A DNA stretch of 64,000 bases from Magnetococcales bacterium (GCA_002753565.1 PEAM01000016.1:4400-68399); one strand, 5' to 3'; counted from the first letter of the stretch, positions 52,244 to 63,616 are shown. The notes: generated by a model not told the origin, from the sequence alone. Numbers and translations are program-made.

Positions 52244-53677
52244 TCAGACACCTTTTGCTCGTTTTTTCCGCAACCGTTGATTCAGTGCCTGACGAGAGAT
52301 CCCCAAAAAACCGGCCGCAATACCTTGATTGCCCTTCGCTCGATCCAAAGCCTCTTCCACCAGCACCTCCTCAACCTTTTTCAAGGTTGGCAAGATCTCT
52401 GTGGTGCTGAAAAGAGCCTCCATCCCCTCCGCTCTCCCCTTGGCCTCCATCGAAAAACTGTTCACCCCGCTGGCCTGGAGAAGCTCTCGAAAACGGGACA
52501 AAGAGAGAACCCCCGATTGATGTCGAGCAACGGCATCAAAGATCATCGAGCGCAGTTCCCGAATGTTGCCGGGAAAAGGGTAGGAAGATAAAAGGGTGAA
52601 GAGTTCTGGAGGGGGGGTAGGTGGAGATCGGCCCATGGAGGTGGCAGCCAGTTCGAGAAAATGGTGGATCAACAGAGGGATATCCTCCGACCGCTGCCGT
52701 AGAGGGGGAATCTCCACCTGATGCACACTCAGACGAAAATAGAGGTCGGCCCGAAAACGCCCCTCCTCCATGAGCTGGCGGAGATCCCGGTTGGAGGCAC
52801 AGAGAATATGGGCATCGGAAACCAAGGGGACATCCGCCCCCAGGGGATAGTAGATGCGCTCCTGTAGCAGTCTGAGCAGTTTAACCTGAGAGGCGGCATC
52901 CAGATCCCCCACCTCATCCAGAAAAAGGGTTCCCCCTTTGGCACGGGATATGACCCCTTTTCGATGGGTGTCTGCGCCGGAAAAGGCCCCTTTCAGATGG
53001 CCAAACAGCGTATCGGAAAAGAGGGCATCGTCCAGTCCGGCAATATTGATGGAGACCAGCTCTCCCCGACGACCGCTCACCTGGTGCAGGGATCGGGCAA
53101 CCAACTCCTTGCCAACACCGGTCTCTCCCATGATCAAAACCGGCTCCGGGGAGGCAGCGACCGAGGAAATATATTGAAACAGGGCCCACATTTTCTGGCT
53201 ACAGGTGATGATATCGGCAAAAGCGGACTCATTCTCCAGATGACCGGTGAGCAGAGACCGTTTGAGACCATCAACCTGACGTCGCAGGCTGCGTAGCTCC
53301 AGAGCCTTGCGAACGGTCGCGATAAACCGGTTCTCTTCCACCGGCTTGACCAGAAAGTCAAAGGCTCCGACCTTCATACAGGCAACCGCTATCTCCACCT
53401 CATCCGAAGCGGTCATGACCAGCACCGGCAGATCGGGAAAGGCGCGTCGAATTTCCGGCAGCAGCTGTTCACCGGAGAGGTGCGGCATGAAAAGATCCAG
53501 AACCAGAAGATCGACCCCATGGCGCTCCAGATAGCTCAACACCTGTCGGCTGTCAGAGAGCGCTTCAACCTGAGAAAATCCGGCCCCTCGCAGCAGAACC
53601 GAACTGCTGAAAAGCACCGAGGCATCATCATCAACCAACAGAATAGCCGGCAGGCTCTGGATTATCTCGCCCCCCAT
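52244..53677 (-). CDS. Sigma-54-dependent response regulator (NtrC family)
   Basis: Receiver domain (LLVDDD..., LVLDLFMP). AAA+ domain with GETGVGKE, GAFSGA and ESxLFGH-like SDTLFGH. C-terminal Fis-type HTH (GISRQALNQRLRK). Confidence 0.9.
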   Translation of the reverse strand: MGGEIIQSLPAILLVDDDASVLFSSSVLLRGAGFSQVEALSDSRQVLSYLERHGVDLLVLDLFMPHLSGEQLLPEIRRAFPDLPVLVMTASDEVEIAVACMKVGAFDFLVKPVEENRFIATVRKALELRSLRRQVDGLKRSLLTGHLENESAFADIITCSQKMWALFQYISSVAASPEPVLIMGETGVGKELVARSLHQVSGRRGELVSINIAGLDDALFSDTLFGHLKGAFSGADTHRKGVISRAKGGTLFLDEVGDLDAASQVKLLRLLQERIYYPLGADVPLVSDAHILCASNRDLRQLMEEGRFRADLYFRLSVHQVEIPPLRQRSEDIPLLIHHFLELAATSMGRSPPTPPPELFTLLSSYPFPGNIRELRSMIFDAVARHQSGVLSLSRFRELLQASGVNSFSMEAKGRAEGMEALFSTTEILPTLKKVEEVLVEEALDRAKGNQGIAAGFLGISRQALNQRLRKKRAKGV

Positions 53678-53678
53678 T

Positions 53679-54845
53679 TCAGCCTCGCTCTCTGTGGGTT
53701 GGGAAGGTGATGGTCACACAGGTTCCCTCCTCTTCTCGGGGTTTGAATCGGATGGTTGCGGCATGTTTCAATAAAATGAGATTCGAGATAGAGAGCCCCA
53801 GCCCGGTACCGCCCGCTTTGATTCTGGTGGTAAAAAAAGGCTCGGTCAGCCGACCGATATGTTCGGCAGAGACCCCACACCCCTCATCCTCCACAATCAG
53901 CTGAATCCGCTGGCTGGCTCTGTCCTGTTGGGTTGTGATCATCACCCGTTTATTGCGGCCGGAGAGTGATTGCAACGCATTTAGAATCACGTTGATAAAA
54001 ACCTGTTCAAGTTGGCGAGAATTACCCACAATCTTGGGCAGGGATTTACCAAAGGAGAGGTCACAGTGGTCGGTATGTTTTCTGACCTTGTGGTTGAGAA
54101 TCATCATGGCGGCCCGCAGGGTGTGGTTGAGATCCACCCGCTCATCAAGCCGCTCTTCATCCTGACCGGCCAGATGCTTCAACCCCTCGACAATCTGTTT
54201 GATGCGATCGGTATTGGCGGAGATCTCCTTAAGAAGGGCAGGCAGGGTCTCCCGCGCTTCGGAACAGGGGAGGCCCGCCAGGGAAAAGTCGCCTTTTTCT
54301 CGTTGATACCCTTCTAAGATGGGGGTTAAATCGGTCCAGGCACGGGAGAGGAGAGATGCGTTGAAGAGGTTGGCTCCATTGGGGTTGTTGATCTCATGGG
54401 CTACCCCAGCCGACAACACCCCGATGGTAGCCAACCGGGCATGTCGGATAGCCTGAGCTTGGCGGATTCGCCGCTCGGTGACATCGGAGCAGATGACAAT
54501 GGCCTCCGTCACCCGCTCATCATGACGAACAGGGACAATACGCACCTCCCACCAGACCGAATCCTCGGTGGAAAATTGAAAATTAACCACATCCCGATCA
54601 GAAAAAGCCCGCTTGATGTTTTTCCGGTACCAACCCTTGATGCGAGGAGGAAAAAGGGTCATGGAGTCCTTCCCCAACATCTGATCCGGCTGGAACCCCG
54701 CCATTTCCCGATTCATCAGTAAGATCTGACGGTCGCTGTTGACGGTAAAAAGCACATCCGGCGCCTGGTCAAACTGCCACTGTCTGGCCCCTTTGCCTTT
54801 TTTTTTCTTGGCGGCCCCTCGTTTGTTTTTATTCCGCTTTCCCAC
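53679..54845 (-). CDS. PAS-domain sensor histidine kinase
   Basis: H-box GVAHEINNPNG, N-box INVILNALQS, G1 DEGCGV, G2 GTGLGLS. The N-terminus is basic with no TM, so it is cytoplasmic. GTG start. Confidence 0.85.
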   Translation of the reverse strand: MGKRNKNKRGAAKKKKGKGARQWQFDQAPDVLFTVNSDRQILLMNREMAGFQPDQMLGKDSMTLFPPRIKGWYRKNIKRAFSDRDVVNFQFSTEDSVWWEVRIVPVRHDERVTEAIVICSDVTERRIRQAQAIRHARLATIGVLSAGVAHEINNPNGANLFNASLLSRAWTDLTPILEGYQREKGDFSLAGLPCSEARETLPALLKEISANTDRIKQIVEGLKHLAGQDEERLDERVDLNHTLRAAMMILNHKVRKHTDHCDLSFGKSLPKIVGNSRQLEQVFINVILNALQSLSGRNKRVMITTQQDRASQRIQLIVEDEGCGVSAEHIGRLTEPFFTTRIKAGGTGLGLSISNLILLKHAATIRFKPREEEGTCVTITFPTHRERG

Positions 54846-54912
54846 AATCCCTCATCTCCCCACCCGCCAAGGGGTCCATACCGGTTGATCCCCTAGGCTT
54901 GGTGACCGAGCT

Positions 54913-55923
54913 TTACAACTGGTGATAGTCTCGATACCAGGCAACAAAACGGTCGATCCCCTCTGCCACCGTGGTTTGCGGTTTAAACCCCACATCCTCG
55001 ATCAGATCATCCACATTGGCCCAGGTAGCCGGCACATCTCCTGGCTGCATATCCATCATGTTCCTTTCGGCCTTCATCCCCAGAGCGTTCTCCAACGCCT
55101 CGATGTAGGTCATCAACGCCACCTGCTGATTGTTACCGATATTATAAATCCGGTAAGGGGCGTTGCTGGTGGCCGGGTCTGGGCTCTCTGGTCTCCAGTC
55201 TGGATTGGGTGCAGGCACCCGGTCCAACACCCGAATGACCCCCTCGACAATATCATCGATATAGGTAAAGTCTCGCCGCATCCGACCGTGATTGAATACG
55301 TTGATCGGCTCTCCCGACAAGATGGCCTTGGTGAAGAGATAGAGAGCCATATCCGGTCTGCCCCAAGGGCCGTAGACGGTGAAAAAACGCAGCCCGGTAA
55401 CCGGAAGACGGAAAAGATGGGCGTAGGTGTGGGCCATCAGTTCGTTGGCTTTTTTGGAGGCGGCATAGAGCGAGAGGGGGTGGTCGACATTATGATGAAC
55501 CGAAAAAGGCATGGCGGTATTGGCGCCATACACCGAGGAGGAGGAGGCAAAGACCAGATGTTTCACCTGATGGTGGCGGCTCCCCTCCAGCAGGTGGGCA
55601 AAACCGACCATGTTGGTATCCACATAGGCCAGGGGGTTTTCCAAGGAGTATCGAACCCCAGCCTGAGCAGCCAGATTGACCACCTGATCAAACTTTTCCG
55701 CGGCAAACAGATCGGCGATTCCCTGGCGCTCTTCCAGGTCCATCTTGACAAAGGCAAAGCGAGGGTCTCCCTCCAGCCGGGCCAGCCGGGCCTTCTTTAA
55801 GTTGACGTCGTAGTAGTCGTTCATATTATCCAGACCGACCACCTCATCCCCTCTATCCAGCAGTCGTCTGGAGAGAGCTGATCCGATAAATCCCGCTGCT
55901 CCGGTTACCAATACCTTGGCCAT
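54913..55923 (-). CDS. NAD-dependent nucleotide-sugar epimerase (UDP-glucuronate 4-epimerase-like SDR)
   Basis: [12 protein letters not shown] Rossmann motif, YAASK catalytic motif, and N-terminal [16 protein letters not shown], which is typical of this subfamily. Confidence 0.8.
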   Translation of the reverse strand: MAKVLVTGAAGFIGSALSRRLLDRGDEVVGLDNMNDYYDVNLKKARLARLEGDPRFAFVKMDLEERQGIADLFAAEKFDQVVNLAAQAGVRYSLENPLAYVDTNMVGFAHLLEGSRHHQVKHLVFASSSSVYGANTAMPFSVHHNVDHPLSLYAASKKANELMAHTYAHLFRLPVTGLRFFTVYGPWGRPDMALYLFTKAILSGEPINVFNHGRMRRDFTYIDDIVEGVIRVLDRVPAPNPDWRPESPDPATSNAPYRIYNIGNNQQVALMTYIEALENALGMKAERNMMDMQPGDVPATWANVDDLIEDVGFKPQTTVAEGIDRFVAWYRDYHQL

Positions 55924-56040
55924 TCACTTCCCTTTCTCGCAATGTAGTGTCTATACTGCACTCCTGCCAATGGTACTGGAAAGCAAAACGCCAGCACAAT
56001 CATTGATCTCTTTTTTTTTATTTTCTAAGATAGGATATCC

Positions 56041-56553
56041 TTGAACAGTTCCACACAACCCAAACAAAATCCGGTCATCATTTTTACCGATGGAGCCTGT
56101 TCCGGCAACCCCGGTCCAGGGGGGTGGGGGGTTCTTCTCCGCTTCGGAGAGGTGGAAAAAACCCTCTCTGGCTACGCCCCTCTCACCACCAACAACCGAA
56201 TGGAGATGCTCGCCGCCATCCACAGCCTGGAAAACCTCAAAAGGCCGTGTCCGGTCATTTTAACCACAGACTCTACCTATGTCCGTGACGGGATAACCAA
56301 GTGGATTCATAACTGGAAAAAGCGCAACTGGCGTAAAGCGGACAAGAAGCCGGTAAAAAATGCCGATTTATGGAAAAGATTAGATGCGATCAGCAGCCAA
56401 CATGATGTAGAGTGGAAATGGGTCAAGGGTCATTCGGGACACCCAGATAATGAAACCGTTGACCAGCTGGCTCAAGAGGCGGTTCAATTGGGAAGAGAGG
56501 GGAAAATCCCCATCGACCCGGCGGGTGAGGAGCCTGCCCAACCTGATGAATAG
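56041..56553 (+). CDS. rnhA: Ribonuclease HI
   Basis: [44 protein letters not shown] start. Confidence 0.9.
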   Translation: MNSSTQPKQNPVIIFTDGACSGNPGPGGWGVLLRFGEVEKTLSGYAPLTTNNRMEMLAAIHSLENLKRPCPVILTTDSTYVRDGITKWIHNWKKRNWRKADKKPVKNADLWKRLDAISSQHDVEWKWVKGHSGHPDNETVDQLAQEAVQLGREGKIPIDPAGEEPAQPDE

Positions 56554-56659
56554 TGGCCCGACCCTTATCCACTGGCACTGATTCGAGTCATCAGGGTTTA
56601 AGTAATCAGGGTTGCAACCTATCAGACAATCATGCTTTTTTTTAACAGAGGAGAATTTT

Positions 56660-56866
56660 ATGTTCGAGGATCAGTTACAAGCGGTTAAAGAGCTCTTGAC
56701 GTCAAATGCACAGTTCAAAAAACTGCACGACAGGCACAACGCCCTCAAAACTGAAATCGAAGAGATGGGCCGGACCATGGATAAATTTAAGCTGGACCGG
56801 CTCAAAAAAGAGAAACTGTTACTTAAAGACCAGATGGCCAGCATCCTGGCTGAACATACTGGTTAG
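56660..56866 (+). CDS. DUF465 (YdcH-like) small coiled-coil protein
   Basis: GAGGAG SD, then ATG 56660. The pattern FKKLHDRHNALKTEIEE...LKKEKLLLKDQM is typical of DUF465. Confidence 0.65.
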   Translation: MFEDQLQAVKELLTSNAQFKKLHDRHNALKTEIEEMGRTMDKFKLDRLKKEKLLLKDQMASILAEHTG

Positions 56867-56968
56867 TCACACATAAAAGAGGATGACCGGGCCTTGGTCG
56901 GCCCGGTCATCTCAGCTGGTCTTCATCGAACCAGGGTATTTAAAAAAATCATAGCGGGAACCCATACC

Positions 56969-59900
56969 ATGTCCACATCCGTCAAGAGCTACCCTTCGCT
57001 AGAAACCCTGATCCAAGAGACCGAGTCTCTGATTCCCAGCAAAGACCGACCAAGCCTTCACCAATTTTTACAGGTTGTCCTGACCGACCTGGAGTACTCT
57101 ACGGCCCACCAGCCCCACAACTGGCACTCCCCTCAGGTGCTGGCCAGCCTGTTTCGCTTTTTTCAAAAGCCCCCCAGCACCCAGACCGAGGAGGTCAAGG
57201 TTCAGGCTCTCACCGGTGACGAGAATGAAGAGACCCAGATTATCATCCACCTCCAAGATACCCCGTTCATCCTGGAAACACTCCGAAACTATCTGAAAAA
57301 AAGCGGTCAAACTCTCTACGCCCAGACCCACACCACGTTTGCCGTGCGGCGAGACAAAACCGGAAAGATAGAGGAGATTCTTGCTGAGGAGGAGTCTACC
57401 AAGCGCAAGAGAGCGGCCTCCTGCCGACAGGAGATGATCATTTTCATCCTCACGGAGGCCATGCCCAACAAAAAAGGTTTCAAACAGATGCGTGAAGATC
57501 TGATCGCCACCTTGACGTCGGTCAAACAGTCGGTAGACGACTTTCCAGAGGCGACCAGAATAATCAGCCAAGAGGCCAGCCTGCTGGCCAAGACCGACCA
57601 CACCATGGACAGCAACTTTTTGCTCTGGGCCTTGGACAACAACTTTGTTTTCATGGGAATGCAGGGCTATTTCAAAAAGAAGGGGCTTCTCTCCCGCAGC
57701 GAGAAGGCCTGTTCACTGGGTATCTTCCGAGGGGCCAACCCCCATGCCCTTCTGGATCGGATCACCCCCGGTCTGCGTCAGGAGATCGACGCCATCCTGG
57801 AAAACCCCAACACCCCCCACGACTATGAAGGGGTCTCGGTTGAGTATTGCCAGCATGGACAGTCCATCATTTACGACTCGGAAGGGGTAGACTTTTTTAC
57901 CATTCGCCATCCCGGCTCTCAGGCCGACAGCTGGGAGATGCTGTTGGTACTGGGCCGTTTTTCTCGCACCGCGCACGCCAGCCGAGCTTCGACGGTGCCC
58001 ATTTTGGCGGAACGGCTCAACGAAACCCTGGCCTGCTCCGGTTATTCGGAAGGCTCCTATCTTCGCCACGAATTTCGCAGCCTGTTCGATCGAATGCCCT
58101 TGAGGGAGCTCTTTTATTCAGAGCCGGAGGTCTTGACCGAGCAGATTCGTACCATCCTGAAAATGCAGGGAGATACCGATGTCAGCATCAATGTGCGCCT
58201 TGGTCACCACGGCAACTATATCTCCATTCTGACCGTCCTCTCTCGCAACCGGTATCGGGCCCACCTGGAAGAGCAGGTGGCAGAGATTCTCTCCCAGTAT
58301 CTGGACGACCCCATCACCTCTATCAATGTTTCAGAGAGCGGCACCCTCTTTTTTATTGTCTGCTATGCCAACCACAACCCTAAACTTCCGCTGACATTCG
58401 ATCCTGGTCAGGTTAAGGAGAAGATCGACCATCTGGTGATGACCTGGGAGGACGGTCTGCGTAAAATCCTCTTGGAGTCCCACCCCCAGAGACAGGCTTT
58501 AGACTATTTTGGCCGCTATAGTCGCAGTTTTGAACCCATCTATAAAGAGTCGACCGAGCCTGAACAGGCGGCCAAAGATATCGAAATCATGGAATCGATG
58601 TCAGCCAAACAGATTTTTGCCTCCCGACTGGTTCGCCACCAATCTGGTCGAACCTATGTCAAGCTCTTCTCTGCCAAGGCGGTGGAGTTGACACGCATGG
58701 TCCAGACTTTCGACCATTTTGGCATCACCTGCCTCCACGAACTCTCCTCCACGGTCAAACAGAGTGGTCGAGCCGACACCGTGATCCAATGCTTTGAGGT
58801 GGGAGGTACCAAGGAGTACCGAGACAGTCTCTATCATCAGGCGGACCACTTCAGCGAGGCCCTCTCTGCCCTGCGAGAGAACACCCTGCTGGATGATCGC
58901 CTCAATCGGCTGATCCTATTGGAGGGGTTGAGCCATTGGGAGGTCACCCTGCTGCAGGGGTTAAGACAGTACCAGCTCCAGATCCACCCGGAACTCTCGG
59001 TCACCAAGGTCAATCGGGTGCTGCTCCAGAACCATGTTCTGGCCCGGCATATTCTCCACCTGTTTCTGGCCCGTTTTGACCCAAAAATCAAAAATCGTCA
59101 GAAGCGCTGCACGCAGATACTCCAGACAATTGAATCGGACCTGACCCAGGTTGCCAACCTGCAGGATGATCAGGTTCTGCGTGGTTTGGTCAACGTGGTC
59201 AATGCCACCGTTCGCACCAACTATTTCCATCTGCCGGTCCGTCCGGCCCTCTCCTTTAAAATTGACTGCTCCATTATCGACAGAATGCCCATCCCCCGTC
59301 CCTGGCGAGAAATTTTTGTCTTTGGTCCCCATGTTGAGGGTATCCATCTCAGGGGTGGCAAGGTGGCTCGGGGTGGGCTACGTTTTTCTGACCGACTGGA
59401 GGATTATCGGACCGAGGTGTTGGGTCTGATGAAAACCCAGATGGTTAAAAATGCCATCATCGTTCCCCTGGGCGCCAAAGGGGGATTTGTTATTCCCCGA
59501 CTGGAGCAAAAACCCAAAGGGGCGCAGAAAGATTGGATCGCCACCCAGTATCAGACCTTTATCAGGGCTCTGCTCGATCTGACCGATAATCGGGTGAATG
59601 AGCAGATCATCCACCCAGAAAACATGGTGATTCACGATGAGGATGACCCCTATCTGGTGGTAGCGGCAGACAAAGGGACCGCCGCCTTCTCCGATCTGGC
59701 CAATACCATTGCCGAGGAGGAGTATCAATTTTGGCTGGGAGACGCCTTCGCCTCGGGAGGCTCCAACGGCTATGATCACAAAAAAGTCGGCATTACCGCC
59801 CGTGGTGCCTGGGAGTGTATCGCCCTCCATTTTGAGGAGTTGGGGCGGGATATCCATGCCGACCCTTTTACCGTGGTCGCTATTGGTGACATGGCTGGAG

Positions 59901-61822
59901 ATGTCTTTGGCAACGGCATGCTGGCCTCTAAACAGATTCACCTTCAGGGGGCTTTCAACCATATTCACATCTTTTTAGACCCCGAGCCAGACCCAGCAGC
60001 CAGTTTTTCTGAAAGAGAGCGGCTATTCAAACTGCCCCGCTCCAGCTGGACCGACTACAACCCGGAGATCATCTCGGCGGGTGGGGGGGTTTTTGAGCGT
60101 ACCGCCAAGGCGATCACCCTCAATCCCGCCCTGCAAAAATTGCTGGACACCAAAGCCGCCTCCCTCTCGGGAGAGGAGGTTATCAAGCATCTGCTCGGGG
60201 CCAAGGTCGATCTTCTCTACAACGGTGGCGTCGGCACCTACATCAAAGCCAGCACCGAGACCCATCAAGATGTCTCGGACAAAACCAACGACTCTGTGCG
60301 TATCAACGGCAGTGACGTGCGGGCCTTGATCATTGGTGAAGGGGGCAATTTGGGTATTACCCAAAAAGGCCGCCTGGAGATCAGCCGCTTTCCCTCCCGA
60401 AAAGAGGGGGGCCGAATCAATACCGACGCCTTGGACAACTCGGGCGGGGTGGATTTGAGTGACCACGAGGTCAACCTGAAAATTCTGCTCAACCATCTGG
60501 TGCAAATTGGCGAGGTCAAAAGCCAGGAAGATAGAAACACCATGCTGGCCAGCCTCTCCAACGAGGTAGCCAACAGTGTGCTGGAAGACAACCGCATGCA
60601 GCATCAGGCCATCAGTCGGGATATGCTCAACTCCATCCACTACGGCGACATCTACCTGGACACCTTGACCACCCTCCACGAGAAGGCCGGTCTGGACTAT
60701 GTTGCCGAAGATATGCCAGAACCCGAAGAGTTGGCCGAATGGCTGAAAGATAACAAGGGGCTGCCCAGACCCCTGCTGGCCATCATGTTGGGATATGCCA
60801 AACTGTTTTTACAAAAACGGCTGTTGTCGTCAAATGTGGTGGATATGCTCTTTTTCGAACACCACCTCTCCGACTATTTTCCAGCCAGCATTGGCCGGGA
60901 GTTCGACCCACACCTGTCGGCCCACTTCCTGAAACGGGAGATTATCTCCAGCCGCATCACCAACCGGGTCATCAACCAGACCGGCGTGGGACACCTTTTT
61001 GCGGTTTTCAATAAGGTACGTGATCTCAGAAATACCGATAATCCTCTGGCTCTGTTGGTGAAGGCCTATCTGATTGTCGACAATCTGATCGATGCCCCCA
61101 GCTTCCGAAACCAGATCCACCACCTGGGACCCTCCATCCCCACCAGCGTCAAATATCAGGCTCTGGATGAGATGGAACGGGTGATTCTCCATCTGGCCAA
61201 GTGGATGCTTTTTCATCTCAATGCCGACCGTATCTCCATCGATGTCATCAACCTCTACGCCAAGATCATCCGTGCCTTCCGTAACAACCTTTGGTACTCC
61301 CTGCCCGACATTGTCTCCAAGCCCCAGATGGACCTTCTGAACAAGCGGCGCAAGGAGTTGATCAACAAGGGGCTGCCGGAGCAACTCTCAACCGAGACAG
61401 TTCTCCTCCCTTTCCTTCGGGATATCATGACCATTTTGCATATCAAGGAGTCTCTCCACACCCATTTCGAACCGGTGGGACACCTCTACATTCAGGTCGA
61501 TGATTTTTTTGGCCTCTCCTGGATCGACAACAACCTGAAAAAAGTACAGCCTCGAGACCATTGGGGCCGGATGAACATTGAAAATCTACGCAAAGAGCTT
61601 CTGGAGACCCGCACCCGCCTGGTGGAGGGCATCATCACCTTCAAGCGTCATAATGAGTCGGTAGCGGAGGCCTTCCAGAGTTATCTCCAAGAGGTTTCCG
61701 ATACCAATGTTCAGTATCAGGAGCTGTTGGAGCATTTAAGATCCACCGACAAACCGGATCATATGCCGCTCTCTGTGTTGGTGCGTAAATTGCGTGAACT
61801 TATTCTACACCCCCAGATTTAA
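56969..61822 (+). CDS. Large NAD-specific glutamate dehydrogenase (~180 kDa class)
   Basis: About 1617 aa. The central catalytic region has GGLRFSDR...KGGF and ADKGTA...GYDHKKVGITARG motifs typical of Bac_GDH. Confidence 0.85.
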   Translation: MSTSVKSYPSLETLIQETESLIPSKDRPSLHQFLQVVLTDLEYSTAHQPHNWHSPQVLASLFRFFQKPPSTQTEEVKVQALTGDENEETQIIIHLQDTPFILETLRNYLKKSGQTLYAQTHTTFAVRRDKTGKIEEILAEEESTKRKRAASCRQEMIIFILTEAMPNKKGFKQMREDLIATLTSVKQSVDDFPEATRIISQEASLLAKTDHTMDSNFLLWALDNNFVFMGMQGYFKKKGLLSRSEKACSLGIFRGANPHALLDRITPGLRQEIDAILENPNTPHDYEGVSVEYCQHGQSIIYDSEGVDFFTIRHPGSQADSWEMLLVLGRFSRTAHASRASTVPILAERLNETLACSGYSEGSYLRHEFRSLFDRMPLRELFYSEPEVLTEQIRTILKMQGDTDVSINVRLGHHGNYISILTVLSRNRYRAHLEEQVAEILSQYLDDPITSINVSESGTLFFIVCYANHNPKLPLTFDPGQVKEKIDHLVMTWEDGLRKILLESHPQRQALDYFGRYSRSFEPIYKESTEPEQAAKDIEIMESMSAKQIFASRLVRHQSGRTYVKLFSAKAVELTRMVQTFDHFGITCLHELSSTVKQSGRADTVIQCFEVGGTKEYRDSLYHQADHFSEALSALRENTLLDDRLNRLILLEGLSHWEVTLLQGLRQYQLQIHPELSVTKVNRVLLQNHVLARHILHLFLARFDPKIKNRQKRCTQILQTIESDLTQVANLQDDQVLRGLVNVVNATVRTNYFHLPVRPALSFKIDCSIIDRMPIPRPWREIFVFGPHVEGIHLRGGKVARGGLRFSDRLEDYRTEVLGLMKTQMVKNAIIVPLGAKGGFVIPRLEQKPKGAQKDWIATQYQTFIRALLDLTDNRVNEQIIHPENMVIHDEDDPYLVVAADKGTAAFSDLANTIAEEEYQFWLGDAFASGGSNGYDHKKVGITARGAWECIALHFEELGRDIHADPFTVVAIGDMAGDVFGNGMLASKQIHLQGAFNHIHIFLDPEPDPAASFSERERLFKLPRSSWTDYNPEIISAGGGVFERTAKAITLNPALQKLLDTKAASLSGEEVIKHLLGAKVDLLYNGGVGTYIKASTETHQDVSDKTNDSVRINGSDVRALIIGEGGNLGITQKGRLEISRFPSRKEGGRINTDALDNSGGVDLSDHEVNLKILLNHLVQIGEVKSQEDRNTMLASLSNEVANSVLEDNRMQHQAISRDMLNSIHYGDIYLDTLTTLHEKAGLDYVAEDMPEPEELAEWLKDNKGLPRPLLAIMLGYAKLFLQKRLLSSNVVDMLFFEHHLSDYFPASIGREFDPHLSAHFLKREIISSRITNRVINQTGVGHLFAVFNKVRDLRNTDNPLALLVKAYLIVDNLIDAPSFRNQIHHLGPSIPTSVKYQALDEMERVILHLAKWMLFHLNADRISIDVINLYAKIIRAFRNNLWYSLPDIVSKPQMDLLNKRRKELINKGLPEQLSTETVLLPFLRDIMTILHIKESLHTHFEPVGHLYIQVDDFFGLSWIDNNLKKVQPRDHWGRMNIENLRKELLETRTRLVEGIITFKRHNESVAEAFQSYLQEVSDTNVQYQELLEHLRSTDKPDHMPLSVLVRKLRELILHPQI

Positions 61823-61849
61823 GCAGACCATAAAGAGGAACGACAAGGC

Positions 61850-62473
61850 ATGACCAAAAGAAGCAGTAATATTGTCTGGCACACCAATACCGTCACACGC
61901 CAAAAGAGAGAAAAGCTTAACAACCACCGGAGCTTTCTGCTCTGGTTTACCGGCCTCTCCGGCTCGGGAAAATCCACCCTGGTCCATGGGGTTGAGGAGG
62001 AGCTGCACAAACGGCAGTTACGCACCTATGCCCTGGATGGCGACAATGTTCGCCATGGTCTGTGCGGAGATTTGGGCTTTTCGGACAGTGACCGGGTAGA
62101 GAATATTCGTCGAATCGGCGAGGTAGCCAACTTGATGGTTGATGCGGGCATCATCACCCTCGCCGCCTTCATCTCCCCTTTTATCAGTGATCGAAAAAAA
62201 GTTCGCAACCTGATGCCACCCGGTGACTTTATTGAGGTTTTTTGCAACAGCTCTCTAGAAAAATGTGAAGAACGGGATGTAAAGGGGCTCTATAAAAAGG
62301 CTCGTCTGGGAGAGATCCGAGAGTTTACCGGCATCTCCTCACCCTATGAAAAACCCCTCAACCCAGAGCTGATCCTCAATACCGGAGAAAACAGTGTCGA
62401 GGCGTGTGTTACCCAGGTGATGACCCTGATTGAGACCCGCCTGGCGCTTCGGGAGTGGGAGATGAAAGAGTAG
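61850..62473 (+). CDS. cysC: Adenylyl-sulfate kinase
   Basis: [15 protein letters not shown]-loop, [17 protein letters not shown]. Confidence 0.9.
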   Translation: MTKRSSNIVWHTNTVTRQKREKLNNHRSFLLWFTGLSGSGKSTLVHGVEEELHKRQLRTYALDGDNVRHGLCGDLGFSDSDRVENIRRIGEVANLMVDAGIITLAAFISPFISDRKKVRNLMPPGDFIEVFCNSSLEKCEERDVKGLYKKARLGEIREFTGISSPYEKPLNPELILNTGENSVEACVTQVMTLIETRLALREWEMKE

Positions 62474-62521
62474 CAACAGCTTGTTGGTCGACCCCCTCTC
62501 CTTCGTTCTGACAGGAACTCC

Positions 62522-62815
62522 ATGGAAGAAACCACCCTGCTGATTCTCCTGGCTATTGGCCTTTTCTGGTACACCTCCATGAAGGCCAAGGAGAGAGGCC
62601 TCTCCCTGGCCAGACAGAGCTGCCGGGAGATGGATCACCAGCTTCTGGACGATGCGGTTGTCCTCTCTTACATGGGGCTAAAGAGAGATGGAGAGGGTCG
62701 CTTTCGGGTGCGCCGAATCTATCTATTCCGCTATCTGGATCATCAGGGTGAAATCTTTCAGGGCACCCTGATCTTGCTGGGATACCGGCTGGAGTCTCTG
62801 CTATTGGAGAGCTGA
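62522..62815 (+). CDS. DUF3301-like small membrane protein
   Basis: N-terminal TM followed by KAKERGLSLARQSCREMDHQLLDDAV...FRY, as in DUF3301. Pattern only. Confidence 0.55.
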   Translation: MEETTLLILLAIGLFWYTSMKAKERGLSLARQSCREMDHQLLDDAVVLSYMGLKRDGEGRFRVRRIYLFRYLDHQGEIFQGTLILLGYRLESLLLES

Positions 62816-63010
62816 TCAGGCTCTCTTCCAAGAGAGTCCATCGTTGCAAAAAACAGAAAAAGAGTTCGTTTATACTTTGTTATGGAAACGGAAATTTGCC
62901 ATACTGACGGGGTAGATTTTTGGCTGAGTCCATAGGGTTGCTCTTATTGATATGGCAACCCTGTCAGCCCAAAAAGATGACAACAAACCGCCCAGAAGGA
63001 TTGCAATCTG

Positions 63011-63616
63011 ATGGAAGCGCCGAAACAGGGGCAAAAAGGATCTTTTTACAAAGGCTTATTAACCTTTTATCTCATTTTTCTCGCCATCTTTTTTGCTGCC
63101 GCCCCCTTTCTGACTCTTCTCCTGTATGCCGAGGCAGATTTAAGCCTGAGCCTTCTTCCTCAACTGATCGGCTTCTGTCTTCAGGGGGCCTTTCTGGTGG
63201 TTGTTTTCTCCATCTACGAAAAACGCTCTTCACTCAACAGCAAACGCAGCCACAAGTTTGCCCTTAGAACCTTCCTCTCCTCCTTTGTCACCCCCTGCCT
63301 GGAGCATGGCCATTCTGATGACGAACTGATCTCCTCACCAGCCCACTTTGCCGAGGGGTTGGATAGGTTACGAGGTCAAGGTATCGAAAAGAGAACCGTG
63401 GCAACCCTGCAAAAAGTTGCCCAACAAAATGTCACCTCTCTAGAGTCTCTTACGGTGCTGGCTGCTCAAATCGACCATACCCACCTGGAAGCCTGGAGTA
63501 CCATTCTCCAAAAAAGCCGTGAAATCCGAGACGCCTCTGACCCAAAACAGAGTAAAGAGGCCATCATTCAAATGCTGGAGAGCATTCTGAAGTTTGATGA
63601 GTTGATCATCTACTAA
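63011..63616 (+). CDS. Hypothetical membrane protein (2 TM + helical C-terminal domain)
   Basis: Longest coherent ORF here, with two hydrophobic helices. No family recognised. Confidence 0.4.
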   Translation: MEAPKQGQKGSFYKGLLTFYLIFLAIFFAAAPFLTLLLYAEADLSLSLLPQLIGFCLQGAFLVVVFSIYEKRSSLNSKRSHKFALRTFLSSFVTPCLEHGHSDDELISSPAHFAEGLDRLRGQGIEKRTVATLQKVAQQNVTSLESLTVLAAQIDHTHLEAWSTILQKSREIRDASDPKQSKEAIIQMLESILKFDELIIY

